A DNA stretch of 64,000 nt from Clostridia bacterium. GTDB lineage: Bacteria; Bacillota; Clostridia; Oscillospirales; CAG-272. Position 1 is the first letter of the stretch, and every line of letters starts with the position of its first letter. The notes below the pieces were generated by a model. The model worked only from the letters and a program-made list of their open reading frames with translations, searched no databases and was not told where the DNA came from. Where the stretch lies: the NCBI GenBank assembly GCA_017481595.1, contig JAFUOY010000014.1, positions 64,569 to 128,568 of the forward strand, read 5' to 3'. Positions 35,494 through 44,396 of the stretch are shown here, piece by piece. Both the position numbers and the translations under genes were made by a program.

Positions 35494-36789
35494 TTACATA
35501 TCGTTTCTTATAAGATCCTCAAAGGTTTCTCTTTTTATAATCACAAAATCCTTTGAGTCGGCAATTCCAACAACGGCAGGTCTTGGAATTCTGTTGTAGT
35601 TACTTGCCATAGAATAGTTATACGCACCTGTAACAAGTACGGAAAGTATATCTCCGCGCACGGGCTTGGGAAGGAGCACGTTTTCCTGAAGGAGGTCTCC
35701 GCTTTCGCAGCATCTGCCTGCAACGGTACATTCAAAATCCGCTTCTCTGTTCATATCGGAGGCAAGGCAAACCGTATAATCGGACTGATACAAGGCGTAT
35801 CTTGGATTGTCGGGCATACCGCCATCTACGGACACGTAGTTTTTAAATCCGGGGATTTCCTTCGTTCCGCCAACGGTATATAAGGTAAGGCAGGAATCTG
35901 CAACTATGCTTCTTCCCGGTTCCATAACAACCGTAGGAAGCTTGATTCCGCTTCTTTTAACCTCGTTGTGGATAAATATGGATATCAAACGGATAAATTC
36001 CTCGTAATCAAGCTCGGGCTGGCTATCTATGTATCTTACGCCAAAGCCACCGCCAAGATTAAGTATTTCTATTTCGTAGTCAAATACTTCCTTTACGTGG
36101 GAAATATACTTTATCATTATTTCAGCCGCATCACAGAAGGGCTTGATATCGAATATCTGAGAGCCGATATGACAATGGAAGCCGCAAAGACGTACGTTTT
36201 CCTTCTTTAATACGTATTCGACTGCGGTATCGGCTTGTCCCGTTTCGATAGCTATACCAAATTTACTGTCTATTCTGCCCGTTACTACCGCGGCGTGAGT
36301 ATGGGGGTCAACACCGGGAGTCAAGCGAAGGATAACGGACTGAATAATTCCCTTTTCCTTGGCTGCCTCATCAATTCTGTCAAGCTCTGTAAGATTATCC
36401 ACTACGAAATACCCTACTCCGCTATCGATTGCGTATTTAATATCCGCATCAGTTTTATTATTGCCGTGAAGGAAGGATCTCTTTACGTCAAATCCTGCAG
36501 AAACGGCAGTATAAAGCTCTCCCGAGGAAACAAGGTCAATACCTGTATTTTCCTCCTTGGCTACCCTGTATATATACTTACAGGAAAAGGACTTACTTGC
36601 AAAGAGGGGATAGGAGCTTTCACCAAAATATTTCTTCATTGCGTCCTTGTAAATACGCATATTCCGTCTGATTCTGCCCTCATCCATCACCATAAGGGGG
36701 GTGCCATATCTATTTGCAAGCTCTACGGTGTCACTTCCCGCTATACAAAGGTGGCCCTTTTCGTTTACCGATAAATTTTCGTGTAGCAT
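35494..36789 (-). CDS. lysA: Diaminopimelate decarboxylase
   Basis: 431 aa, PLP-dependent Orn/DAP/Arg decarboxylase fold (YGTPLMVMDE, FASKSFSC, GGGFGV, CESGD). Confidence 0.9.
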   Translation of the reverse strand: MLHENLSVNEKGHLCIAGSDTVELANRYGTPLMVMDEGRIRRNMRIYKDAMKKYFGESSYPLFASKSFSCKYIYRVAKEENTGIDLVSSGELYTAVSAGFDVKRSFLHGNNKTDADIKYAIDSGVGYFVVDNLTELDRIDEAAKEKGIIQSVILRLTPGVDPHTHAAVVTGRIDSKFGIAIETGQADTAVEYVLKKENVRLCGFHCHIGSQIFDIKPFCDAAEIMIKYISHVKEVFDYEIEILNLGGGFGVRYIDSQPELDYEEFIRLISIFIHNEVKRSGIKLPTVVMEPGRSIVADSCLTLYTVGGTKEIPGFKNYVSVDGGMPDNPRYALYQSDYTVCLASDMNREADFECTVAGRCCESGDLLQENVLLPKPVRGDILSVLVTGAYNYSMASNYNRIPRPAVVGIADSKDFVIIKRETFEDLIRNDM

Positions 36790-36803
36790 AATAACCTCTT
36801 AGA

Positions 36804-37541
36804 TCAATTTTTCAAAAGCTCAGTCATTGTATACATTCCTGCGCCCTTGCCCGTCATAAATTCAGCGGCTTTTATAGCCCCGTCAGCAAACAAGGCTCTG
36901 TCATATGCCTCGTGCTTAAGGGTGATCTGCTCGGAGTTGGTACCGATAATAACCTCGTGAATACCAACGATATTACCAACGCGGATGGCGTTTATACCAA
37001 CCTCGTTTTTCTCTCTCTTACAGTTTCCGCTTCTTCCGTAATGGGCGTATGCTTCTTCTCTTGCCTCCTTTACGGAGTTGAAAAGCATTTTTGCCGTTCC
37101 GCTTGGTGCATCAAGCTTACGGTTGTGATGAGTTTCTATAATTTCCACGTCTGCATCGGGGAAAACGGACACTACCCTTCTTACTACGTCACAAAGAGTA
37201 GCAATACCAACGGACATATTTCCGCTGTAGAACACCGCAGTTTCCTTGGATGCTGCGTTAATTATCTCCTTTTCCTCATCTGTATGGCCTGTTGTAGCCA
37301 CGATCAAGGGAGTTTTTGTCATAACGGCGTAATCCGTTATCTCTTTTATAAGTCCGTGGAAGGAAAAATCGATAATTACGTCTGCTTTCCCTTTAAAATC
37401 AGCAATTTTTACGTATTCACTGTCCACGGTGGGGTCACATTTTATGTCAACAAGAGCGCAAATATCGTATCCGAGCTTATTTGCGGCGTTTATTACGTGA
37501 CCGCCCATAACGCCCTTTGCGCCGACTAAAATTATTTTCAT
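36804..37541 (-). CDS. dapB: 4-hydroxy-tetrahydrodipicolinate reductase
   Basis: MKIILVGAKGVMG Rossmann start and the EIIETHHNRKLDAPSGTA signature. Confidence 0.9.
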   Translation of the reverse strand: MKIILVGAKGVMGGHVINAANKLGYDICALVDIKCDPTVDSEYVKIADFKGKADVIIDFSFHGLIKEITDYAVMTKTPLIVATTGHTDEEKEIINAASKETAVFYSGNMSVGIATLCDVVRRVVSVFPDADVEIIETHHNRKLDAPSGTAKMLFNSVKEAREEAYAHYGRSGNCKREKNEVGINAIRVGNIVGIHEVIIGTNSEQITLKHEAYDRALFADGAIKAAEFMTGKGAGMYTMTELLKN

Positions 37542-38428
37542 ACGTTGATTCCCTGCTCTCTCATAGCCTTCAAGAGCTTTTCCTCATTTGCATCCTCCAT
37601 AGGATAAAGGGGAGAACGCAAATTGTTTACAGTATATCCCATATGAGCCATAGCAGCCTTAACGGGAACGGGATTTACCTCGCAGAAAAGGGCATTTATC
37701 AAGGGAAGAAGCTCAAGCTGAAGCTTGCAGCTGCCGCTTACGTCACCGTTGAAGAATTTATCGCAGATTTCTACGGTTTTTGCAGGTACAACGTTGGAAA
37801 GAACGGAGATAACACCCTTACCGCCCAAGGACATAATGGGAACTATCTGGTCGTCGTTACCGCTGTAAAGGTCAAGCTTATCGCCAACGAGCGCCATTGT
37901 TTCCGCAATTTTGCTGATATTACCGTTTGCCTCTTTAATTGCAACGATATTGGGGTGGTCTGCAAGGGCAAGATAGGTTGAAGGCTCAATAGAAACGCCT
38001 GTTCTTGAGGGAACGTTATAAAGTATAACGGGCTTTGTAGAAGCGTCTGCAATTTCCGTATACATACGGATAAGACCCTTCTGAGTAGCCTTATTATAAT
38101 AGGGAGTAACTACCAAAACCGCATCAGCCCCCGCCTCACAAGCGTGCTGAGTAAGTCCGATAGCGTATTCTGTATCGTTACTTCCTGTTCCTGCAATTAC
38201 GGGAACTCTGCCCGCTGTCTGCTTAACTACAAAGGAAATGGCATCTCTGTGCTCGTCATCTGTAAGAGTAGAAGCCTCACCTGTTGTGCCGCAAACCACA
38301 AGGGCGTTGATACCCTCGTTTATCTGAAATTCAACAAGCTCAGCAAACTTTTCATAATCTATCTTACCATTTGAGTCAAAGGGTGTGATAAGGGCGGTTG
38401 CAGCGCCTGTAAATATAGTTTTCTTCAT
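37538..38428 (-). CDS. dapA: 4-hydroxy-tetrahydrodipicolinate synthase
   Basis: GAATALITPF, VCGTTGEASTLT, YNVPSRTG and the active-site Lys region AIKEANG. ATGA overlap with dapB. Confidence 0.95.
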   Translation of the reverse strand: MKKTIFTGAATALITPFDSNGKIDYEKFAELVEFQINEGINALVVCGTTGEASTLTDDEHRDAISFVVKQTAGRVPVIAGTGSNDTEYAIGLTQHACEAGADAVLVVTPYYNKATQKGLIRMYTEIADASTKPVILYNVPSRTGVSIEPSTYLALADHPNIVAIKEANGNISKIAETMALVGDKLDLYSGNDDQIVPIMSLGGKGVISVLSNVVPAKTVEICDKFFNGDVSGSCKLQLELLPLINALFCEVNPVPVKAAMAHMGYTVNNLRSPLYPMEDANEEKLLKAMREQGINV

Positions 38429-38445
38429 TTTAATATCCTCGCTTC

Positions 38446-38483
38446 GTAAAAAATATAAAAAGTGCCCGAAAGTTATCGAGCAC
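38446..38483 (-). terminator. Expression-platform terminator of the lysine riboswitch
   Basis: Minus strand GUGCUCG-AUAACUUU-CGGGCAC followed by UUUUUAUAUUUUUU, immediately before the dapA SD. Confidence 0.65.
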
Positions 38484-38539
38484 CGTGATATAGCAAAATA
38501 CAGGCAAAAAATCTATTGCCTATAGTATGACTAAAACAC

Positions 38540-38695
38540 ATAGCACTCCGTTAAAAACGACAGTCTGTCAAATATTATTTGAAAGACCAAGGCAGGATGC
38601 GACCCAACCTTTCGGCAATTGCCCCTTTCAGAGCATCCAACTCTTCGCCTGAGTTAGCGGATGAACCTACTATTGACTAACTGCGCCTCTATGAT
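38540..38695 (-). promoter_or_regulatory. Lysine riboswitch (L-box) aptamer
   Basis: The minus strand reads AUAGAGGCGCAGUUAGUCAAUAGUAGG...CUCUGAAAGGGGCAAUUGCCGAAAGG...GACAGACUGUCGUUUUUAACGGAGUGCUAUG. It contains the AGAGGCGC, AGUA, GAAAGGGG..GCCGAA, CUGUC and GGAGUGCU blocks of the L-box. Confidence 0.85.
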
Positions 38696-38701
38696 GTACA
38701 T

Positions 38702-38730
38702 ATGTTAGCACATATTTATTTACTTGTCAA
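38702..38730 (-). promoter_or_regulatory. Sigma-A-type promoter for the L-box-dapA-dapB-lysA transcript
   Basis: TTGACA, 17-nt spacer, TGcTAACAT on the minus strand, about 7 nt upstream of the aptamer. Confidence 0.6.
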
Positions 38731-38860
38731 GAATAATTTAAAAATTCTTATATTTTTCTTTAAAAGATGTAATTTTTACCCGTTTTTTGTCATATTTTGA
38801 CAATATATGTTCATTTGTTTATTTGTTCATTTAAATAATTCTTTAGAACAAGGACAAATT

Positions 38861-38900
38861 TAGCCCAAAATCCCGTTTTCAAATACAGATTTTGGGCTAA
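38861..38900 (-). terminator. Hairpin terminator after glmS
   Basis: TAGCCCAAAATC...GATTTTGGGCTA (12-bp arms), A/T-rich flanks on both strands. Confidence 0.65.
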
Positions 38901-38931
38901 CGTTATATTTTTTTATTACCTTGGAAATATT

Positions 38932-40752
38932 CTATTCTACGGTTACACTTTTTGCAAGGTTTCTTGGCTTGTCTACGTTAAGCCCTCTGCCTACACTTAC
39001 ATAATAGGCTAAGAGCTGTAGGGGGATGGCTGAAAGGATAGGATAAAGAAGCTTAAAGGTTTTTGGAAGATATATTATTTTATCGCAAGCATCGGAAATC
39101 ATAGCATTACCCTCGTAGGTAATGCCGATTATATACGCTCCTCTTGATTTGACCTCGGTTAGATTGCTGATAGTTTTTTCAATTATCTCATCTTGTGTCA
39201 TAACGCCTATTACAATGGTTCCATTTTCAATAAGACTGATGGTTCCGTGCTTAAGCTCTCCCGCAGGATAGGCTTCAGAATGAATATAGCTTATTTCCTT
39301 CAACTTAAGGCTACCCTCAAGGCATATACCGTAATCCATTCTGCGTCCTATCATAAATGCGTGCTGTAAATTTTTAAATTTCAGCGACAATTCCTCTATT
39401 TTTTTATTTTCCTCTAAAATTTTGCTTATTTTATCGGGAATTTCCTTTATTTCGCTTATCATTTTACTATAAGCGCCCTCGTTTATTGAATTTTTTACCC
39501 TTGCAAGCTCTATTGCAAGAAGCATACATACGGTTATTTGCGCAGTATAAGCCTTTGTCGTTGCAACGGCAATTTCGGGTCCCGCCATTGTGTATAGGGT
39601 ATGCTCTGCCTCTCTTGCTATGGATGAGCCCACAACGTTTACTACAGCTACGGTTTTTGCCCCCTGTGATTTTGCCAAGCGAAGTGCAAACAAGGTATCT
39701 GCAGTTTCTCCCGATTGGCTTATTACGATTACAAGCTCGTCCTTGCTGCACTCCGAGCTGCCATAGCGAAATTCCGAAGCGTATTCCGTCCTTACGGGCA
39801 GCTTACAAAGCTCCTCTATCACGTTTTGAATAACCACTCCAACGTGATAGGCTGAGCCGCAGCCTAAGATCCTTACTTTATTTATTTTCGATAATATATT
39901 TTTATCTATGCCTGCGCTATTAAAATCTATAGTATCTTCTTTTATATACCTTTTCAGAGTATTTAAAATGCTTGCGGGCTGCTCGTAGATCTCCTTTAGC
40001 ATAAAATGATCGTACTCTCCAAGCTCCGCTTCATCTATGCTCCAGCTGATCTTATGAAGCTCTTTTTCTATAGGATCACCATTTATATCAAAAAACTCAA
40101 CCTTTCCCTTCTCTACCCTTGCAAGCTCCATATTATCCATATAATAAACCTTGTCCGTGTAAGGTAAAATTGCAGGTATGTCTGATGCAATATAGCTTTT
40201 TTCCTTGTCTATACCAACTATCAAGGGACTGTCCTTTTTTGCAAGGTAAATAACGTCCTGTTTATTTTCTATAATAATAGCAAGGGCGTAAGAGCCCTTT
40301 ATACGCTTCATAGCGCTGATAATTGCGCTTATGGGATCTTCATTTAAATAATGATCGATAAGATTAACTGCCGCCTCCGTATCGGTATCGGAATAAAATT
40401 TATATCCCTTTTCCAAAAGAAAATCCTTTATCTCCTTATAGTTTTCAATAATTCCGTTGTGAACGGCGCACACCTTCTTACGGTAGCTGTAATGGGGATG
40501 GGCGTTTACCTCACTCGGCTCACCGTGGGTTGCCCATCTTGTGTGACCTATTCCGCACCCTGCAGGAATACTTAAATTGCCTACTTTTTTCTTAAGATTT
40601 TCTATTTTTCCCTTTGATTTTATTATTTTTACGCTATTTTCATATACAGCCACCCCTGCAGAATCGTATCCCCTGTATTCCAATCTTGAAAGGCCGTCAA
40701 GCAACACCCCCATAGTATTCTCTGCTCCGACCACTCCGACTATACCGCACAT
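38932..40752 (-). CDS. glmS: Glutamine--fructose-6-phosphate aminotransferase (isomerizing)
   Basis: MCGIVGVVG Ntn-amidotransferase start, two SIS domains, C-terminal NLAKSVTVE. AAGGAGGA lies upstream. Confidence 0.95.
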   Translation of the reverse strand: MCGIVGVVGAENTMGVLLDGLSRLEYRGYDSAGVAVYENSVKIIKSKGKIENLKKKVGNLSIPAGCGIGHTRWATHGEPSEVNAHPHYSYRKKVCAVHNGIIENYKEIKDFLLEKGYKFYSDTDTEAAVNLIDHYLNEDPISAIISAMKRIKGSYALAIIIENKQDVIYLAKKDSPLIVGIDKEKSYIASDIPAILPYTDKVYYMDNMELARVEKGKVEFFDINGDPIEKELHKISWSIDEAELGEYDHFMLKEIYEQPASILNTLKRYIKEDTIDFNSAGIDKNILSKINKVRILGCGSAYHVGVVIQNVIEELCKLPVRTEYASEFRYGSSECSKDELVIVISQSGETADTLFALRLAKSQGAKTVAVVNVVGSSIAREAEHTLYTMAGPEIAVATTKAYTAQITVCMLLAIELARVKNSINEGAYSKMISEIKEIPDKISKILEENKKIEELSLKFKNLQHAFMIGRRMDYGICLEGSLKLKEISYIHSEAYPAGELKHGTISLIENGTIVIGVMTQDEIIEKTISNLTEVKSRGAYIIGITYEGNAMISDACDKIIYLPKTFKLLYPILSAIPLQLLAYYVSVGRGLNVDKPRNLAKSVTVE

Positions 40753-40825
40753 AATATCCTCCTTAAAAGTATTCTTGATTATAATTTAATCATTTTTCTT
40801 ACTTTTATTACAAAAATCTCGATGT

Positions 40826-40990
40826 GACTAGGGGGAAGTGAAATGAGTGTTGACCCAATCCCTTAAATTGCAAAACAATTTCAGGGGACCCTTGGGGAAG
40901 GCGTGAATGCGTATAAGTCGCGCGCGGAACTTCCTAAAACACAGTCGTCTCGCGCGCCTCGATGCACTCGGCTTCGACACTCCTTGTTTT
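40826..40990 (-). promoter_or_regulatory. GC-rich structured 5' leader of glmS of unassigned class (not a recognisable glmS ribozyme)
   Basis: A GC-rich island in an AT-rich 431-nt spacer. Nested helices can be drawn: 40975-40982/40845-40852, 40860-40870/40876-40886 and 40920-40927/40950-40957. The strings GACGAGG and CGGCGGAUGCC of the glmS ribozyme are absent. Confidence 0.35.
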
Positions 40991-41054
40991 AGTTACACAC
41001 TTATAAAATTAGCACACCGTGCTGATTTTATTTCGTTCACTAAAAACAGACACA

Positions 41055-41090
41055 TAAAAAAGAAGAGATTTTGCCCTTAGGCAAAATCTC
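41055..41090 (-). terminator. Intrinsic terminator after the CapD-like gene
   Basis: GAGATTTTGCC-CTTA-GGCAAAATCTC (11-bp stem), followed on the minus strand by UUCUUUUUUA. Confidence 0.75.
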
Positions 41091-41183
41091 AACATTAAAT
41101 ATTATGAAATATACTGACAAATTAACCTTTGCTATTAAACGTGTCTGTTTTGGTCTGTGCTTATTGCAACAACCCCTTAATGA

Positions 41184-43079
41184 TTAGTTTTTGAAATCCT
41201 TATTAAGCTCCTCCGGATCATGGAAGGTGGGCACTACCTTACGGATAGCCTCCTTAATAGCGGTTGAATTAACAGATTCCTTATTGAACTGCTCAATAGC
41301 CGCATCAAGAATTGCAAGCTTGTCCTCAACCTCTAAGCGAGAATAAGGCGTACTCTTTTCAACGAATATCTTATTGTTATCCGTTTTTGTAAGAGTTTCC
41401 GTCTTCATAAGAAGCTCCTCATAAAGCTTCTCGCCGGGACGAAGACCGATCTCCTCAATTTTAATATCCTTTTCAGGCTCAAAGCCCGAAAGACGTATCA
41501 TATTGACGGCAAGATCATAGATCTTAACGGATTTACCCATATCAAGCACAAAAAGCTCTCCGTTTTTTGCCATTGCGCCCGCCTGCATGACAAGCTGGCT
41601 TGCCTCGGGAATAGTCATAAAGAATCTTGTGATTCTCTTGTCGGTCAAGGTAACGGGGCCGCCGTTTTCAATCTGCTTTCTGAAAAGGGGAATTACTGAA
41701 CCGTTTGAGCCGAGAACGTTACCGAATCTTACTGCGGCGAAGCTTGTCTTACTGTCGGTTCTGCATTGAACCACCATTTCACAAAGTCTCTTTGACGCGC
41801 CCATAATATTAGTCGGGTTAACCGCCTTGTCTGTGGAGATAAGAATAAACTTCTCTACACCGTACTTTTCCGCCATATCAGCGGTATTATACGTGCCGCG
41901 TACATTATTCTTTATAGCCTCACAACCGCTATGCTCCATTAAAGGAACGTGCTTGTGAGCTGCCGCGTGGAACACCACGTTTGGCTTATACGCATTAAAT
42001 ACACATTCAAGACGAACTCTGTCACGAACAGAGCCTATTTCAACAGCGAGGTCAAGCTTACTGCCGTAATGTCTTAAAAGCTCCTGCTGAATTTCGTACA
42101 CATTATTTTCGTAAATATCAAAGATTATAAGCTTTTTCGGGCTGCATTTTGCGATCTGACGGCAAAGCTCACTACCTATAGATCCGCCGCCGCCCGTAAT
42201 AAGAACGGTCTTTTCCGAATAGTAATCTATAGTTTCTTTATTTATTACGTTTACCTTGTTTCTGAAAAGAAGGTCCTCGATTCTGAAATCTCTGATAGTT
42301 CTGTTTACTTCTCCGCCCTCGCCGTCATTAAGCTCCTTTATGGGGGTTTCGTAAACCTTAAGCTTACAGGTGGTCTTACTGTAGAAATCAGTAAGGGAAT
42401 TTAGCCAATCGCTGTCAAGATTATTGATAGCGATAAATATCTCCTCAATATTCTGTGTCTTTAAATACTCAAGGGTAGAATCATTTTCGGGGTATACCTT
42501 AAGTCCCGCAACGTAATTGCCGATTTTTGAAATATCGTTATCAATAAAAAACTTGGGATTGTACTGTGAATTTTTATTATTTACAAGATCGCTAACCAGC
42601 AAGGCGCCGATCTGCCCTGCGCCAACTATGGCAACGGGGATCTTGTTTACGTTGCTACCCTCCAGATTATGATTTCTGTAAAGGATCCTGTAAACGAATC
42701 TCGTGGTAAGAACGCCAATAAGGTTAACCGCCGTAACGGCAATATAGTGATTAGTTACGCTTTGATCAATGGTAAGATATACGATTGCCCAAGCAACAAA
42801 TCCGCCTGTCAAGTCACTTAATACAAGGCTGAAATACGCCTCCGTGCTTGTAAATCTCCACACGTTGGTATATGTCTTGAATATAACCCTGAATAAGCTT
42901 ATTACCGCCAACAGGATAAGAGCATTTATGGCGTATGCCCCGGCGTGACCCAATTTGTTATCAAGGAAGAAATAATCAACCCCATAATATATAAAGCTGA
43001 TTATTACGTAGGTAAGGACGTCTATCATTCTTAAGATAATACGCCTTGTACGCCCCTTGAAAGACATAATTTTATCCAT
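41184..43079 (-). CDS. Membrane-anchored polysaccharide biosynthesis NDP-sugar 4,6-dehydratase/epimerase (CapD/PglF/WbpM family)
   Basis: 631 aa. Four N-terminal TM segments, two Rossmann folds (VGAGQIG; ITGGGGSIGSEL), then HAAAHKHVPLME and ISTDKAVNPTNIMGASKR motifs. Confidence 0.85.
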   Translation of the reverse strand: MDKIMSFKGRTRRIILRMIDVLTYVIISFIYYGVDYFFLDNKLGHAGAYAINALILLAVISLFRVIFKTYTNVWRFTSTEAYFSLVLSDLTGGFVAWAIVYLTIDQSVTNHYIAVTAVNLIGVLTTRFVYRILYRNHNLEGSNVNKIPVAIVGAGQIGALLVSDLVNNKNSQYNPKFFIDNDISKIGNYVAGLKVYPENDSTLEYLKTQNIEEIFIAINNLDSDWLNSLTDFYSKTTCKLKVYETPIKELNDGEGGEVNRTIRDFRIEDLLFRNKVNVINKETIDYYSEKTVLITGGGGSIGSELCRQIAKCSPKKLIIFDIYENNVYEIQQELLRHYGSKLDLAVEIGSVRDRVRLECVFNAYKPNVVFHAAAHKHVPLMEHSGCEAIKNNVRGTYNTADMAEKYGVEKFILISTDKAVNPTNIMGASKRLCEMVVQCRTDSKTSFAAVRFGNVLGSNGSVIPLFRKQIENGGPVTLTDKRITRFFMTIPEASQLVMQAGAMAKNGELFVLDMGKSVKIYDLAVNMIRLSGFEPEKDIKIEEIGLRPGEKLYEELLMKTETLTKTDNNKIFVEKSTPYSRLEVEDKLAILDAAIEQFNKESVNSTAIKEAIRKVVPTFHDPEELNKDFKN

Positions 43080-43090
43080 TATTCTCTCCT

Positions 43091-44203
43091 TTAAAACTTC
43101 AAACCGGAGATACCTGAGATTACCTCGTTCATTTCATCGAGCTTGTTATACATATCCATTGCCAAAGCAAGCTGACAACGTGTACGAACAAGATTGTGTC
43201 CTGGATAAAGAGTCTTAAAGTATTTATCTCCTGTTATGTAGTCGTCAAGGAATCTCACAACAAGCTCATAGGTCATGGTAAACGCGCCAAGCGCCAGGGT
43301 CTTTATCTCGTTTTCAATAAGAGAATGTGATACCTCTGAAATAAAGCCCTCTGCAAAAGCCTTATATTTGCCCATATCAAGTCCAACCTTGGAAAGATCC
43401 GGCTCATCCTCGGCAGATTTATTAGCGGCAAATCTTATAGCGTCACCAAAATCGTGAGCAACAAGACCCGGCATAACGGTATCAAGGTCGATTACCGTCT
43501 TTGCTTCGCCTGTGTCAATATCAAAAAGAACGTTGTTGATCTTCGTATCGTTATGAGTTACTCTTAAAGGAAGCTCACCTGCGTCAACCATTTCGTTAAG
43601 CTTGACACCAAGAGGCATAAGCTTCTTTATCTGCTCAATTTCGTACTCAACCTCTTTAACGCGGGAGCATTCATCAAGCTCTACATTTCTAAAGAAATTT
43701 TCTACTCTTGCCCTTGTATTGTGGAAATTGGGAATGGTGTCATAAAGCTGACTTGCGTCAAAGTCGGAAAGCATTGTCTGAAAATTACCAAATGCCTTAC
43801 CTGCGGATCTTATCTTCTCGGGATCGTCAGACTGGTTAATGGTGATGCTATTGGGCACGTATTCGTAAACACGCCAGAAGCCGAAGTCCCCCTCCACGAA
43901 GTTTTCACCCTCGTCTGTTCTTAAGAAACGCATAACTGAGTCCTTATCAAGTCCGTTTCTTTCTATTTTGTCCGCAATAAACGTAGTTATAGCGGCAATA
44001 TTGCTCATAATATGCTTAGGCTGCTTGAATACAAAGGTATTAAGACGCTGAAAAATATATTTTTCTTCTCCGCCCTCTGCCTCTGCTCTAACCACGAATG
44101 TGCCGTTTATGTTGCCACTTGTAAGGGCGTTTATATCTATTATTTTGCCGCAAATACCAAATTTTTTTGCGACCTTTTCAAAAATTTCTCTGGAAATATC
44201 CAT
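43091..44203 (-). CDS. APH-family sugar kinase, N-acetylhexosamine 1-kinase (NahK/LnpB)-like
   Basis: GNFQTMLSDFDASQLYDTIPNFHNT, PLRVTHNDTKINNVLFD, IDLDTVMPG and YPGHNLVRTRCQL closely parallel Bifidobacterium NahK as I recall its sequence. Confidence 0.7.
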   Translation of the reverse strand: MDISREIFEKVAKKFGICGKIIDINALTSGNINGTFVVRAEAEGGEEKYIFQRLNTFVFKQPKHIMSNIAAITTFIADKIERNGLDKDSVMRFLRTDEGENFVEGDFGFWRVYEYVPNSITINQSDDPEKIRSAGKAFGNFQTMLSDFDASQLYDTIPNFHNTRARVENFFRNVELDECSRVKEVEYEIEQIKKLMPLGVKLNEMVDAGELPLRVTHNDTKINNVLFDIDTGEAKTVIDLDTVMPGLVAHDFGDAIRFAANKSAEDEPDLSKVGLDMGKYKAFAEGFISEVSHSLIENEIKTLALGAFTMTYELVVRFLDDYITGDKYFKTLYPGHNLVRTRCQLALAMDMYNKLDEMNEVISGISGLKF

Positions 44204-44279
44204 TGTTAACTCCTTTAAAACAATATATTCTAAGTATATAAATACGTAAAGATAAATTTAGGTACAATAATACTTATAT

Positions 44280-44308
44280 ATTATATCACACAAAAACCTG
44301 TTAGTCAA
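44280..44308 (-). promoter_or_regulatory. Sigma-A-type promoter for the nahK-like/capD-like operon
   Basis: TTGACT, 17-nt spacer, TGaTATAAT on the minus strand. Confidence 0.6.
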
Positions 44309-44347
44309 CATATTTTACCATTTTGTGTTTACACTACCCAACTTTAA

Positions 44348-44380
44348 TAAAAAAACAGAACGAAATTTCTTTCGTTCTGT
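44348..44380 (-). terminator. Intrinsic terminator after lgt
   Basis: ACAGAACGAAA...TTTCGTTCTGT stem with a U-run on the minus strand (the A-run at 44348..44355). Confidence 0.75.
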
Positions 44381-44396
44381 TTAATACGCATATTAT

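Noticed and set aside
36235-37529. 179-aa and 205-aa plus-strand ORFs antisense to lysA and dapB. The same applies to the 154-aa ORF at 37517..37981, antisense to dapA.
   Set aside because: They are embedded in strongly supported minus-strand genes, lack motifs and have no SD. These are shadow ORFs.
40753-41183. Expected canonical glmS ribozyme upstream of glmS.
   Set aside because: I searched the coding strand by eye for AGCGCC, GACGAGG and CGGCGGAUGCC and found none. The nearest match is AUCGAGG. I therefore do not call a glmS ribozyme and report the region as an unassigned structured leader. A covariance-model search could overturn this.
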